Shown here: piece after piece, positions 25,290 through 39,584 of the stretch | Position numbering within the stretch: the stretch's first letter is position 1 | Layout: the number at the start of each line of letters is the position of its first letter | NCBI RefSeq assembly: GCF_006345805.1 | Contig: NC_042999.1 | Coordinates: forward strand, 147,312,001-147,376,000 | DNA: 64,000 nucleotides | DNA from: Octopus sinensis | Taxonomy: Eukaryota | Direction of reading: 5' to 3' | The notes under the pieces: model-generated | What the model was told of the DNA's origin: nothing | Database searches by the model: none | The model's input: only the letters and a program-made list of their open reading frames with translations | Made by a program: the position numbers and the translations under genes

Positions 25290-25623
25290 TGAAGGTTCAT
25301 GTCTCAATGATTAGAGCGTCGGGCTCACAATTATGAGGTAGTGAACTCGATTCCCAGACTGTGCTGTCAGTAGTGACCTTGAGGAAAACATTTTGTTTCA
25401 TGTTGCTCCAGATCAGTCAGCTGTAGAAATGTGTTGCGACGTCACTGGTGTTAAGCTGTACCGGTCTTTGCCATCCCTTTGGGTAACATCAGTGGCATGG
25501 AGTGGGGAGGTCGATATGCAAGGGTGACTGCCGGTCCTCCATAAACAACCTTGTCAGGACTTGTGTTTAAGAGAAGTTTCTAGGTGCAATCTCATGGTCA
25601 CTGAAACCGATGAAGCTCCATAC

Positions 25624-25628
<5 letters not shown>
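25290..25628 (+). mobile_element. Diverged tRNA-headed SINE (family D)
   Basis: Degenerate A box (TGTCTCAATGATTAGAGC) and B box (ACTCGATTCCC), CORE-like CCTTGAGGAAAACATTTTGTTTCATGTTGCTCCAG; ends at (AT)n. Confidence 0.65.
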
Positions 25629-25666
<38 letters not shown>

Positions 25667-25667
<1 letters not shown>

Positions 25668-25830
25668 GGCGCAGGAGTGGCTGTGTGGTAAATACCTTGC
25701 TTACCAACCACATGGTTCCGGGTTCAGTCCCACTGCGTGGCATCTTGGGCAAGTGTCTTCTACTATATCCTCGGGCCGACCAAAGCCTTGTGAGTGGATT
25801 TGGTAGACGGAAACTGAAAGAAGCCCGTCG

Positions 25831-25869
<39 letters not shown>

Positions 25870-26100
25870 TATATATAGGTGTATGTGCGTGTTTGTTTGT
25901 GTGTCTGTGTTTGTCCTTCTAGCATTGCTTGACAACCGATGCTGGTGTGTTTATGTCCCCGTCACTTAGCGGTTCGGCAAAGGAGAACGATTGAATAAGT
26001 ACTGGGCTTACAAAGAATAAGTCCCGGGGTCGAGTTGCTCGATTAAAGGCGGTGCTCTAGCATGGCCGCAGTCAAATGACTGAAACAAGTTAAAGAAAGA
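25667..26100 (+). mobile_element. tRNA-derived SINE (family A), full length
   Basis: A box TGGCTGTGTGG, B box GGTTCAGTCCC, CORE-like CTTGGGCAAGTGTCTT, internal (AT)/(GT) tract, 3' tail GGCGGTGCTCTAGCATGGCCGCAGTCAAATGACTGAAACAAG. Confidence 0.92.
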
Positions 26101-26689
26101 AAGAGAAAGGTATATATATATATATATATATAGATATATATATATATATATATATATGGGGGGGTGCGTATGTATGTATGCGTATAGATACACATGTCCT
26201 CACACTTTCACACACGCACATATATGCTGAACAACGTTGCGGTTTACCAAGTATTAGAAAGGAATATTCCATATTTAATTTGCGTTCTCTTTCTCGACAC
26301 TTGATGTATATGCTACTGTCATCACGACAAGTAGACCTTACTGGTGTTTATTTTTCATACATTGGAGTATTTCCTCCTTTTATGTTTGGTTACTGCATTC
26401 ATTTTTTGTTTATAATCGCTGACGTATATCGATTTGACATATAACCAAGTGAGTAAAATTACAATTTCACCTGCACAGTAAATTATAACCTTATAGAGAG
26501 GCAAATAGGAAAGGTAAGCTATCGAACTGACTAGTACAAAACAATCGTTTCTACTTTTGAATTCAGGTCTGAAATTTTGGAAGAAGGGCTAATCGATTAC
26601 ACTGCCTCCAGTGCACAACCGGTACGTATTTTTGTAACTCTGAAAAGATGAACGGTTCTGTAAGTTTGCCACCTTGATACATACATAGA

Positions 26690-26867
26690 TCGGTAGCCAC
26701 TACACACATCTTTTTCTCTCATTGTTTCTTTCTCTGTTCCTTTCTGTGGAAGAGCGTAGGCTCGGAACGTAAAAGACTTTTTCAATTCCCAAGCGTTAGT
26801 CTGATACATTTGTTTGTTTTCTACACCACCTGTCTCCGTCTTTAGCTTTTTTCGTGAATACTCCCTA
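26690..26867 (+). mobile_element. Penelope-like pseudo-LTR fragment with hammerhead-like motif
   Basis: CTTT-CTGTGGA-AGAGCGTAGGCTC-GGAACGTA-AAAG; reverse complement of 61501-61675; partial copy at 45224-45306. Confidence 0.65.
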
Positions 26868-29084
26868 TATATATACATACATACATACATACATACATAC
26901 ATACATACATACATACATACATACATACATACATGCATACATACATACATACAAACGTACATATACACATATATATGTATAAGTATGTGTATATATATAT
27001 ATATATACATAGAGAGAGAGAGAGAGAGACTTCGTTTTATCTTCCATTGTTACCAATTTTTCCTTTTTTCCCCCTGACTTTATGCAGATACGTCCACATA
27101 TGCATATATGTAGACACAAACACACACACACATACACACATATGGGAAATGATCCGATAATCTAAGTTACAATAAGGTGGCATATAAATTATAAGTGTGC
27201 ATGTCATTATGCCCGTATATCTTGGGTTATAATCTTACTGTAAGCTAGAACTTGTGAGTGGTAAGTCATGCCAGAATATTCTTCGTGAATGATTCATTTG
27301 TTTTAGCGTAATAACAAAAGGATAGAGTTGCTCACGAGAGCTTTAATAAGACTAAATTGGAAACAAGGCGACCTAGTGCGATTACTACTAAAACTCTATC
27401 AAAGGGATCCTCGAACCATTACGTGTTTAGGCCAACCTAACTGTATGGTAAAATAAAGATAAAATATTCCTAAAATGCCCCTCTATAGATTGGAACTTGA
27501 AATTATGTCGGTGAAGAAGCGCACATCTTAAACACGTAACAATACTTTTACCCAAATGATCAGGTTTTCAGGAAGAGGAATAGAGTTTGTTAAATTTATT
27601 CATATCTTTAACAAAAGCGCTAAGTGCTTATAGTGCATTGAAACGTTATAGCGTCTAATATTACTCTAGGGTGAACACCGGTAACAAATAATAAATATTA
27701 GTTTCTTTTCCCAAAGACATTAGCAGCTTAAGTGAAGTTATATGGTTTCAAACGGAAATTAAAATTGAGATGGAGTCTCAGCCATTCGGTTTAACTAATT
27801 TATGGACATCATTCGCCAATAGAAAATTGTAAATATTTCACACATCCATTGTCAGAAGATGGTGTTAACGATGAAAACTGTAGGCACTCCCTCGACCTCG
27901 TACAATGATCTTGAAAGTGAAGTGCACTTTGTGTAATACAGTTTTAGATATCAAAAATGATATCAGGCAGGACTAAGTAGATAATGTACACACACACTCA
28001 CACACACACATATATATATATATGCATATTTTTTAATCAACGATGAACTGAGATTAAGAGGAAATAACATAACGATTGACTCAAGTTTGGGGGGCATTTC
28101 CCGAGTATTTCTAGTAGTTCGGAAAACATTGTAGAATCTTCACTACTGGGTGTGTGGTCGGCTAGCTGGCTGTCCAGTAAAGCAGTTCTAGACTTAAACC
28201 CATTCTAAGTATGCTATTTTCTCTCATCTAGGTCTAATATATGTTACTGTGTGATTTCGGTATTATTTAGCTGCTCTTTCTTGTAGCATTACCAACAGTG
28301 CTGACGCACAGTAACTATTACAGCACATTTACTCTGTCGTTTCGTATTTCCTGAAACAATATATGCTTCGCCAAGAGACAGGCGTTATTGATTTTACACG
28401 GACAGTTAAAATAAGAGTTTTTTGGAATGGTGTCTCTTCCAAGAAAAACATATATCAACAATCTAAATCAACAAGGTATCGAAGCTTGACTTATGTACTC
28501 AACGTCCTTATTCAACGTACGGCTAGACAGTAAGCCATGACACTTTACCCTATTTCCAGGGAACATGAACCTAATAATGATTCAGTCATGCCTTATAGAA
28601 AATAGGTGGCATGCATAAAAGTAAGGAATAAACCAAATGCACAACATCATCAGAAACTCACATATTCATCTACATATATGGAACTCCTATGTGGGTACCT
28701 ACCTTGCTATGATAAGTAGGTAGATATCCATTAAATTTTGCATTACCGTGACTAATGCGCAATTAATATTGCATTATAAATAACAGTTACTTTAATAATC
28801 AGAAAGTGGATGTTGATGGCTGAAATGTGTTGATAATAATTTTGATTATTCAAAGGAGACTTACGTCTAAACAACTTTACGACTATATTGACCTGACACT
28901 AAATGATAACGAATTCTATTTAAAAGGAAATGCTTAACTTTTACATAGAATGAAAGCAGAATATGTTACATCTGTAACAGTAAAACTTTGGTGGGAATTT
29001 AATTGCCGGGATTTGAAACTAGATAACATATTCTGAACTTTTAAATTCTCCACTTCTCTTTCGCTTCTTAACACTCTATATGTC

Positions 29085-29315
29085 AGTGTCTCTCTCACAC
29101 TTGCTCTCTCTCTCTCTCTCACTCTCTCTCTCACTCTCTCTCTCACTCTCTCTCTCTCACTCTCTCTCTACCATCTTTCTCTCTCTCTCTCTTCCTCTCT
29201 CCTACTCTCTCCACTATAGTGGGATTGTGTAAATAACTTACCGAAAGCCATTGCTTCTACGGAAAAGTGCCAATCTTCCAGAGAGATAAATATGGATTCA
29301 AACAAACAAACTCAA

Positions 29316-29356
<41 letters not shown>

Positions 29357-29420
29357 ACACACACACACACACACACACTACATACACACACACACTCACA
29401 CACACACACACACATACGCA
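29085..29420. repeat. (CT)n and (CA)n microsatellites
   Basis: Direct reading (29085-29210 and 29316-29420). Confidence 0.9.
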
Positions 29421-30054
29421 CGCACGCACAAAATAGAAATACTTGCGCATACAGATGCAGATACAAGCTCCTTCTTGCCCGAAGGAAATACTTGTAAATT
29501 GTTGTAAATGTTTCAGCTGTAATTCAAGTAGGCAGCACAGTTTCAAACCTGTATCCCCAAAGCTTACCTCTACAATTTTCTCACATCAGATGTTTTATAC
29601 GTAATAACAGAGGGAAGAACTATATGAACAATTTGCAACGAATTTGAATCTATTTTTCCTTGACCAGGAACTCGCCAAGAGCTAACTAACATCAAGTACT
29701 AACAACAACATACGCTGCCGAATACCGATTTGAAATGGCTTTTGAAGACGAAACTATATATTAAAATGCTTCTAATGAGGCATTAGTGATATGATTTCAA
29801 CACTAGTATAATTTTTTCCACATACAAAATAGCTAAAATATACGAGATTTGAAAATAATAAAACTCAAACTTAGAATGAAGTAGAATTAAGAGGAGGACA
29901 AAGGAAATGATTGAAAAATAAAATATTAAGTTTAATTAAAGTAAAGAAAGAAAATTGAACGATTAAATCAAGTCCATTGAGATATGACTGCCAATTAAAA
30001 ATTGACAGACATACCAAATGTATGCGAGTGTGAGTCATTGTGTGCATATATAAG

Positions 30055-30260
30055 TATGCATGCATGTATGTATGTATGTATGTATGTATGTATGTATGTA
30101 TGTATGTATGTATGTGTGTATGTATGTATGTATGTATGTATGTATGTATGTATGTATGTATGTATGCATGTATATATGTATGTATGTATGTATGTATGTG
30201 TGTATGTATGTGTGTATGTATGTATGTATGTATGTATGTGTGTATGTGCGTGTGTACGTA
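30055..30260. repeat. (TATG)n microsatellite
   Basis: Direct reading. Confidence 0.95.
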
Positions 30261-30781
30261 CATATATATACGCATATATATACAAATATACATATATACA
30301 CGTACACAGTATTTTATTTACACAAGTAATATTTTATTTAACAATTTCATATTTTCTCATAAGATTGTGCGTGGACGTATGCTGTATTATGCATACAAAA
30401 TATACAAAGATATCGATATCACTATGTGTATTTTAGTGCACATGTGTGCGTGTATATGCACATATCTTTAAGTATGCATAACATTAAATAAAAACTCTAT
30501 GCAAAGCACGTACCCTCTTATTGAAGAGATACCTCGAAAATAAACTTGAAAAAGAATATGCCGACGCGCATTTTCTAACAGCTACAAACCTACATGCCAC
30601 ACAAAGGATTAAGTTATTATTACACCATATTTTCTTTAATCATGAGCTACACTCTATCCCTCGCAATCGCCACAAACGTTGAGTCTCACTCTTGCGAGGA
30701 TCTCTCTGTCCGTGAGCACAATTTTCACATAACTATAACCTATTTCTTCACTACCCACAGAAGGGACAAACAAGAATAGAC

Positions 30782-30959
30782 AAACGGATTAAGTCGATTA
30801 CATCGACCCCAGTGCGTAACTGGTACTTATTTAATCGACCCCGAAAGGATGAAAGGCAAAGTCGACCTCGGCGGAATTTGAACTCAGAACGTAACGGCAG
30901 ACGAAATACGACTACGCATTTCGCCCGGCGTGCTAACGTTTCTGCCAGCTCGCCGCCTT
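30782..30959 (-). mobile_element. tRNA-headed SINE (family C)
   Basis: Minus strand GGCGGCGAGCTGGCAGAAACGTTAGCAC...GTTCTGAGTTCAAATTCCGCCGAGGTCGACTTTGCCTTTCATCCTTTCGGGGTCGATTAAATAAGTACC. Confidence 0.88.
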
Positions 30960-31260
30960 TCACATAACTATAACCGATCCCAACGACCGGCTTGTGCCAG
31001 GGAGATAAGACAAAATCAATCCCTTGACAATCAATAACATTCTACAAAGTTAAAGTGTGGCCCACCACAGAATATTGTCCAATTTGCATTCAGAAAAGTC
31101 TCTCACGGACATGTTCCATTCTCTGATCTACATGTCACACAAAGTTCTCATTCTTATTTTCAATCTATATTATAATGACTGCTGCACGTGTGAACTGACT
31201 GAACTCGGGCCAGCCTCATAACGATATTTCCTAACCATTAGTCTCTCTTCTTTTCACCAG

Positions 31261-31348
31261 ACTTGTGTCTTATCCGCTTGATCCAGCATTAAACAGTAGA
31301 ACCAGTACTTTCTTCCCTCCAACAATTCCACCGGCTCGTGTGTTTCCC
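31261..31348 (+). CDS. Probable internal coding exon (88 nt, phase 2-0) of an unidentified host gene
   Basis: Branch point CTAAC at 31231, tract tctctcttcttttcaccag, consensus donor gtgagt; only one open frame: LVSYPLDPALNSRTSTFFPPTIPPARVFP. Confidence 0.65.
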
Positions 31349-32639
31349 GTGAGTATTGACTTACAAAGCTTAAACTAAAATATAAATGACTGTTATGCTG
31401 ACTGCTTTACGAGAGCTTGCGAAGGACATGGGTACATATTTTTCCTCTAGATCTGGCAAATGAAAGTATATTCAAAATACATATGGATTACTTTCTAACT
31501 ATGGGAATGCTTTTGATAAATCAATGAGCGTCACATCAAACAACGTATACTCTTATATAGATGACATCAATCGTCATACATCATTAAATTTCCCTAAACA
31601 TGCATCTTCCCATCCCAACCGAAACGCGACAAACCAGAAACAATTTGATCTCAAAATTGAAAAATTTGACAGTATCCTACAGAGAGACCATACCAGTTTA
31701 GTGTGTTATAACAAATAAATAAATATATATGTAAATACAATGCTAGCATTAATCCTATCACTAGAGATTTAACTATATCGAGCGGCATTTAGAGCTCTTT
31801 TCGTCACATGAAATACAAGGCCCATCTAGTTTCATGTATCATTTTGGTAGGATTTCCTTCTAGAGCGTTGAAATGTTATATATTAGTTGTCTTTTATAAA
31901 CAACGAGCAATTGAGTTAAAATGTTGTCATGTGATGTGAAATCCATTTTCTAAGGAATGCATGCTATTCCTTAAGGGGTTTGAAAAGCTAATCAGAGATC
32001 GTTTGGATAACGCTGACGGAATATTTCCCTTTTTATATAATTGGTATAGCATCCACGAGAGTTTTGAAGAATTCTGATTTTAGACTTTTGCCCCGTCCCA
32101 ATAATCAAAGCCTCTCATGACATTTTTCTATGTACTGTATGTGTATAAGTACGTATGTGTATAATAGATTTTCTCATTCTTTGGTAAATGAAGCGTACAG
32201 TGGTTAGCAGTATAAAAACGTGACCGAGAATACTTCGGGAAGGATTCCTTGATGAAATGTCATGAAAATTCAAGAAAGCATTTTTTAAATCAAATAAACT
32301 ATTTTTGTTGTATACATTCTAGTTGTCGACAGGTAGACCTAACTTTTGATGTTATTTGAAGCTATGAGAAACTCTTGGACAACGAAAGTAAGGCTGTTTA
32401 AATACCTACTGTTTTACAATGTGAAAAAGCTCGATATTTCTTCAATTAGCCACCTTTTTCTAACTGCGAGGAATAAGAATCACAAAACATAGTTCAGCTT
32501 AGTCACCTTTGGTCACCTACTCTGGCAATTAATTTCAGGGGCGTAGAATCAGTGGCAAAGATTTTACTTTTACTGTAACTGAGTAAATAATAAGTAAAAT
32601 GAACCTAGTAGAGGACTTTAAAGGATATCACTGATGGCG

Positions 32640-33030
32640 TTTTGTTGATCTGACTCTATCGATCACCAGAAGATATTTATTCCATAATTGCTGCTTCCCA
32701 AAAGACACCAGTGCTGGATTAACTTTTCAGCAGTACGCTTAGGTGAACTCTGTCGAAACATCTACTTCAGCCAAGACAAGACGTAAAACATCTTGGGGAT
32801 CTCTGCCAAAGCATTTATAATTTTCATCAAAATTTTGTAGACGATTCGTTCAGCAGTTTTCCATCACAAAAGCCACGTCATTGAAATCTAGAATTTTTTC
32901 TGTGCCCCTGGGAAAGCATAAGTTTTTTATGAGATATTAGTTCATTGTAGACACTAAATATCTGTTTTGAATATTGGGGTGACGGAACTCTGTCCAGTAA
33001 TTTCTTCTGGAAGATAGTTAAAAGCAGATG
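32640..33030 (-). mobile_element. Possible highly degraded LINE RT fragment
   Basis: Weak peptides (ILDF.., KCFGRDPQDVLRLV) resembling the IDFxKAF..YGIP region of RTE-type RTs. Confidence 0.3.
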
Positions 33031-33049
33031 CAAGTTCATGTCAATAACA

Positions 33050-33495
33050 TTACTGCTGTTGCTTGTCAACAACAACTTCCGGTTGTGTATATTTCGTTCG
33101 TCACTGTTATATATGACATATTTCCTCTCAGTTACGTTCGTATGAATAAACGAGTGTATCAAAAGCATGTTTACTTCATGACACCACCATAATCATTCGT
33201 GCATTTATACTGCTTTTAGGTTTTTTTCCTGTTTCCCTGAAATTTTTTGCCCCCACCCACCTTTCCCATCTCCCTCTAATTTCTTCATTTTTCACTTTTC
33301 CGTAGTCCTAACCCTAATACCCCAACACTAAACCTAACCCTAAAACCCTAACCCTAATCCTAACCCCAAGTAGAAAAATTGTTGTAAATAGTTTTTAAAG
33401 CTAAAACAGCACAAACGCATGAACGATGTCATAAATAACAGTAACAAACGAAATATACAGCACCAATAGTTGTTGTTGACAAACACCAGTAGTAA
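33050..33495. mobile_element. Foldback element with 70-bp inverted arms and internal (CCCTAA)-like tract
   Basis: 33050-33119 vs reverse complement of 33426-33495: 59/70; degenerate CCTAAC repeats at 33307-33367. Confidence 0.8.
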
Positions 33496-36355
33496 TTTTA
33501 TTCTCTAAATACACGTCATTGATTGGCTGAAATTACCTAAATACGACAGCTTTAACAAGAAATAACTTCGAAAATAAAATTTTTCTCAACAACTCTAAGA
33601 ACAAAAATTGTTCTATATGACACATTCTACCAGTATCCGAAGATTCAAAGGGTTTAGTTAAAGAAAATCAAGTAATTGAGCTGCCCAAGAAAAGGAAAAG
33701 ATCCGCTATCAAGGCATACAACAGAATAGTATTTGACCTCATTTATTGTTGCTATGATGTCTGAGGCAATGAAGGTTATATCCGAGATAAACATATATAC
33801 ACACAGACACACACACACACATATATATATATATAAACATCTATATATAAAATATATATATATGCGTATATGAATAACCTTATATATATATAAAGAGAGA
33901 GATAGAGTGGCAAGAGAGTCAGACAGAGAAAGAGAAGTGTGTCTGTGTGTGTGTCTCTATGTGTCAGCCTGTGTATGTGTGTATGTATTTCAAAGTATAT
34001 AACTTTTCGGAGTTTTTCATAAAAATTATGCATTCATGTTTTTCTTTTTTTTTCCACATTTTCAAAAATGTTTGTTGATTATATTCACTTCACTAGTGCT
34101 TGTTTCTCCTTGGTTAAACATTCAATATTCTCAACATATGCCAACTCACAATCCATCAAACTTATATATTTTTATAAATAATATATCACAAAAAGTATAT
34201 AAACTTGAAAGCAAGAGAATGTTTATTTGACAAGTTTAAATATAGTTCATATATTTTTAAAATTCAATACTTCTAGTCTCTGTGTTTTGCTGTTCAGAGT
34301 TGATCATTCAGTTATATCGAGTTCACATTGGCGCAGAGGTGAAGAATTTGTTTTATCCAACTATAGATTTAGTGTTTCTCTTATAATCGTGTATCAGGCA
34401 TGGCTCATTTAATAAAACGTTAACATCCTGTGCTTTAGCATTTTTTTCGAAGATATAAATGCATTGAGAATATTAAGTATTCGCTCGTTGCTGGCCAAAC
34501 TCATTGCTTAAAATTAGTAACTTTATAGAAAATGTTAAACTATCGACTTTGCCAGCTGCTATTCATAACATATTTTCCTCATTAAAACAATACTGGCAAA
34601 TATATTGGGTGCCTAGTTGAAAATCAATTTATTTCAATGTCATTTCTCTTACGAGGGTTCACTTCCCAACAATCCTTTTCTGGATAGGTATATATTAATA
34701 TCGGGTTGCTTAAGAAAATTGGAAGCAATATATGTAGCACCCAATATACAAGATCACCTGGTTGTACACAGGTTTCACAGAGTGTCACTCTACATTGCTA
34801 TGAAAAAATATATTTTAACCCGGAACCCTACTGAGGTGACTGGGTAATGACCCGAGATATATTGTACACTTAGTGTGTGAACAGGAATGCATTTACACTA
34901 CGTCTTTTTCGTTGGGCTCTTACTACGAACATACTTTAACTATCACGCTCTCCAAATACATCACTGTATCATCGACAAGGGCTTCGTTAGATTGACCGTT
35001 GCGTTCGCTGATTCCTCTCCGCTCGAGGTTGGTATAACCTATTAAAGAATTGCCCCCGCTAAATAAACGATGTCTACACATTTTACATAAAGCCAACGTT
35101 TTTAGCAATGCTCGTACAATACTATAGACTATGAGACTCATTGTAATGCATTAATGGGAAAATACAGCGAAATATCAATTAACATTGGTTCATGCCAATT
35201 CAAGTTTGACATGGCGGTTTGTTTCTCATTTTAGACATTTTAGTTACTTGGCTCATCATTTCCGGTTTCTCTGCGTACATGTAATACTTCAAAAACGCGT
35301 GAGATCTTCTGGTTAATGAATGCATTTTCAATGAATAATGGGACATTTACTCATCAGTTAGAGCAGTTGATGGGCTACTGAGAATTGTGGTGAAATGTAG
35401 GAATACCAAGGCGAGTTAGTGTGTTGAAAAGGCATCAGAGGCATATCGCTCTAACTATGATGAAACCGCTTTAATTCTCAGTGGCTCAGTCCAACTAACT
35501 GTAAATAATTACCAAACGTAGGTACAGGTTATTAACAAAAGAATCAAAAGCTTTATTAAACCAAAAATAGAGTTTAGAATTTGTATCTATATGTACTACA
35601 CAGAGCAGCCATTTTCCTCAAATCACGTGTGGAAGCTGTCCAAAAATTACACAGGCGTACCGAAAAATATAGTCTCAGAAAAATTGTCCCAAAAACGTCC
35701 TCATGTTCAAAATGTGGTCACATTTGATCCTGTTTCAAGAAAACCCATGCAACAACAACAGCATCAGATTCAACAATGGAGACCATACCTATATAATGCT
35801 TTCAAAGGAGTTTCTTTCGCTTTTAGTTTTTAATTCCAATTCTCCTATAAATCTGGCTAGGGCAAGCAGCAGGAGGGATACACTTCAGTGTATTTATCCA
35901 ATAAAAATCCCCGAATTCGACAAGATCAACAAGTTCATTCTCCCTACGCTACATGCAACAGCATTAACTGATTCAAAACCGTACACAGCTACGATAGCGA
36001 TAACAACTTCAACAACAGCGGTATCAGATACAATACGAATTTTCTTATTCAAAGCAACCATCACCAACTCTCTCTTTTCCAACATTCCGTTATTCTAAAA
36101 AGAAACGATCTAGTGTGTTAAAACATTTATTTTCAGTTTCGTTTGTTCAGAACACATCTAGACATTGATTTTCTTATTAAAAGCATTGATTTCCATAAAG
36201 TCTTGACAAATTCAAGATTGACTTAACAAAGAATACAGAACTTCTTAGGTTTCCTAATGGAAGACAATGAAGATAAATAAAATAACAATAATAATGCAGT
36301 ACGTTCGTATTTGAATGATGGAGATACTACAGCGGATTTTACTGCTGCTGCTAGC

Positions 36356-36560
<205 letters not shown>

Positions 36561-36719
36561 ACAACAACAAGCATAATAATGATAATACGAACAATATATA
36601 GCAATAATGACAATAATGAAAATAAGAATAAGAAAATTAAACAACATAAAGATAATATTACAAAAAACAGAGATGATGTCTATGATGCTCAAGATGAATT
36701 ATGAAAATACAAGTTATCC

Positions 36720-38130
<1,411 letters not shown>

Positions 38131-38657
38131 ACACACATTTGCACATACACCGACACACTAACACTCGCACATATTATCTTTAGTTAGATTAAAGAAAACA
38201 GAAAATAAAGGAAACGAGAATAAGACATAATAAAAAAAAAGAGACAAATTGATAATAGACACATCTCTAAGAAAGCCGCTATCTGATAAACAGACACTTA
38301 ATTAGGTGGGATATAACGGAGGAAATCTATTTGAAAGAATACGGAGATGAAAAAGACAGAGTAAACAATTTTATGAAGTGCTTAACGACATGATATTTCT
38401 TTAAAAGGAAGGAAATAATATAGAGTTTTTTTTTCTCCGTTGTTCATTTTCCTATTTAATGAAGTAAGAAATTCAATAGCTGTGTAGAACACACTGCACA
38501 TTCATACAAGTCACATACTCATGTACACACCCGTATATTTTTAGGTTTGTGTGCGCATGATTGTGTCTATATATACATGCGTATATACAAACTTACTCTG
38601 ATATATACATATGAATACATGCATGCGTAGATATATACTCAAACACACAATACACAC

Positions 38658-38717
<60 letters not shown>

Positions 38718-38765
38718 GTATATATATACCTACGCAAATACATATATACATACACACATACATAC

Positions 38766-38796
<31 letters not shown>

Positions 38797-38802
38797 CATA
38801 CA

Positions 38803-38838
<36 letters not shown>

Positions 38839-39023
38839 GAGAGACACACACGCATACATATATTACTACCATATTTGTTCGAAAAATTAATCATAAATTT
38901 TTTTATCTGTAGTGAATTGTTTCTGTTCTAGTTATAAGTAAGTTTATGAATGTGTGTGTGTGTATGAGTGAGTATGTGCGGTGTGTGAGTCAGTATTTGT
39001 GTATGTATGTATGTATATTACCA

Positions 39024-39112
39024 ACATGGCGACAAAGTGCAGACACCTGGCTGGATAGATCCTGAGAAACTTCAGTACCAAAGTGAAGGAAACCATGATG
39101 GCATGGAACACA
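39024..39112 (+). mobile_element. Short diverged CR1/L2-group LINE fragment
   Basis: Translates NMATKCRHLAG*ILRNFSTKVKETMMAWNT, homologous to KLAIKCRRLAGWILRTFRTREQETMMVLWRT in the 3025-4962 ORF. Confidence 0.75.
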
Positions 39113-39191
39113 GCGGGGCCATAGGGTTATAATTCAATTCCAAATACTATCTATTTCTTTACCATTCAACTAAAATCTGAGACTAGAAGAT

Positions 39192-39584
39192 TTAGAATAT
39201 ATAAAAGTGAAGTTGTGTGTCTGTCTCCTACGATTTAGATTCCTAACTACTCCCACATTTTGCAGTGCAGTGTAACCAAAAGCGGGTATCTTATAGTCGT
39301 GATTCATATCGATCCCTTCTGGGTATTAGCACGCGTCTACGATGAGTCTATGATTTAAAAAACAAATTACCATCAATTTTTCCCATTTTTAATGCATATT
39401 TGGCATATATAAGGCAGGTAACTCTCTAAAAATGTATTATTAAATCTCAGAACGTAAAAAGCTACAGTAACCCCCCCCCTTTGTGGTTAACCATATTGAG
39501 ATGGCTATTCTACTTTACATCTCTAAAAATGCTTATATAGTTATTTCCCTTACAAGCCCGAGTAACGCCGGGCGATACTGCTAG
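39192..39584 (+). mobile_element. Non-autonomous Helitron
   Basis: 5' AT-rich start followed by ATATATAAAAGTGAAGTTGTGTGTCTGTC; 3' GC hairpin CCCGAGTAACGCCGGG then 8 nt then CTAG|T. Confidence 0.8.

Noticed and set aside
29257-30471. Many ORFs with YIYI/MYVC/THTH/YLSI repeats (also near 16.1, 24.2, 36.9-38.9, 45-46 and 55 kb)
   Set aside because: Translations of microsatellites, not genes.
33307-33367. True telomere or chromosome fusion site
   Set aside because: Short, degenerate and internal to a foldback element.
35379-35480. Hairpin or C/D snoRNA (ACTGAGAATT/AATTCTCAGT, ATGATGA)
   Set aside because: Pairing is patchy and no properly placed D box was found.
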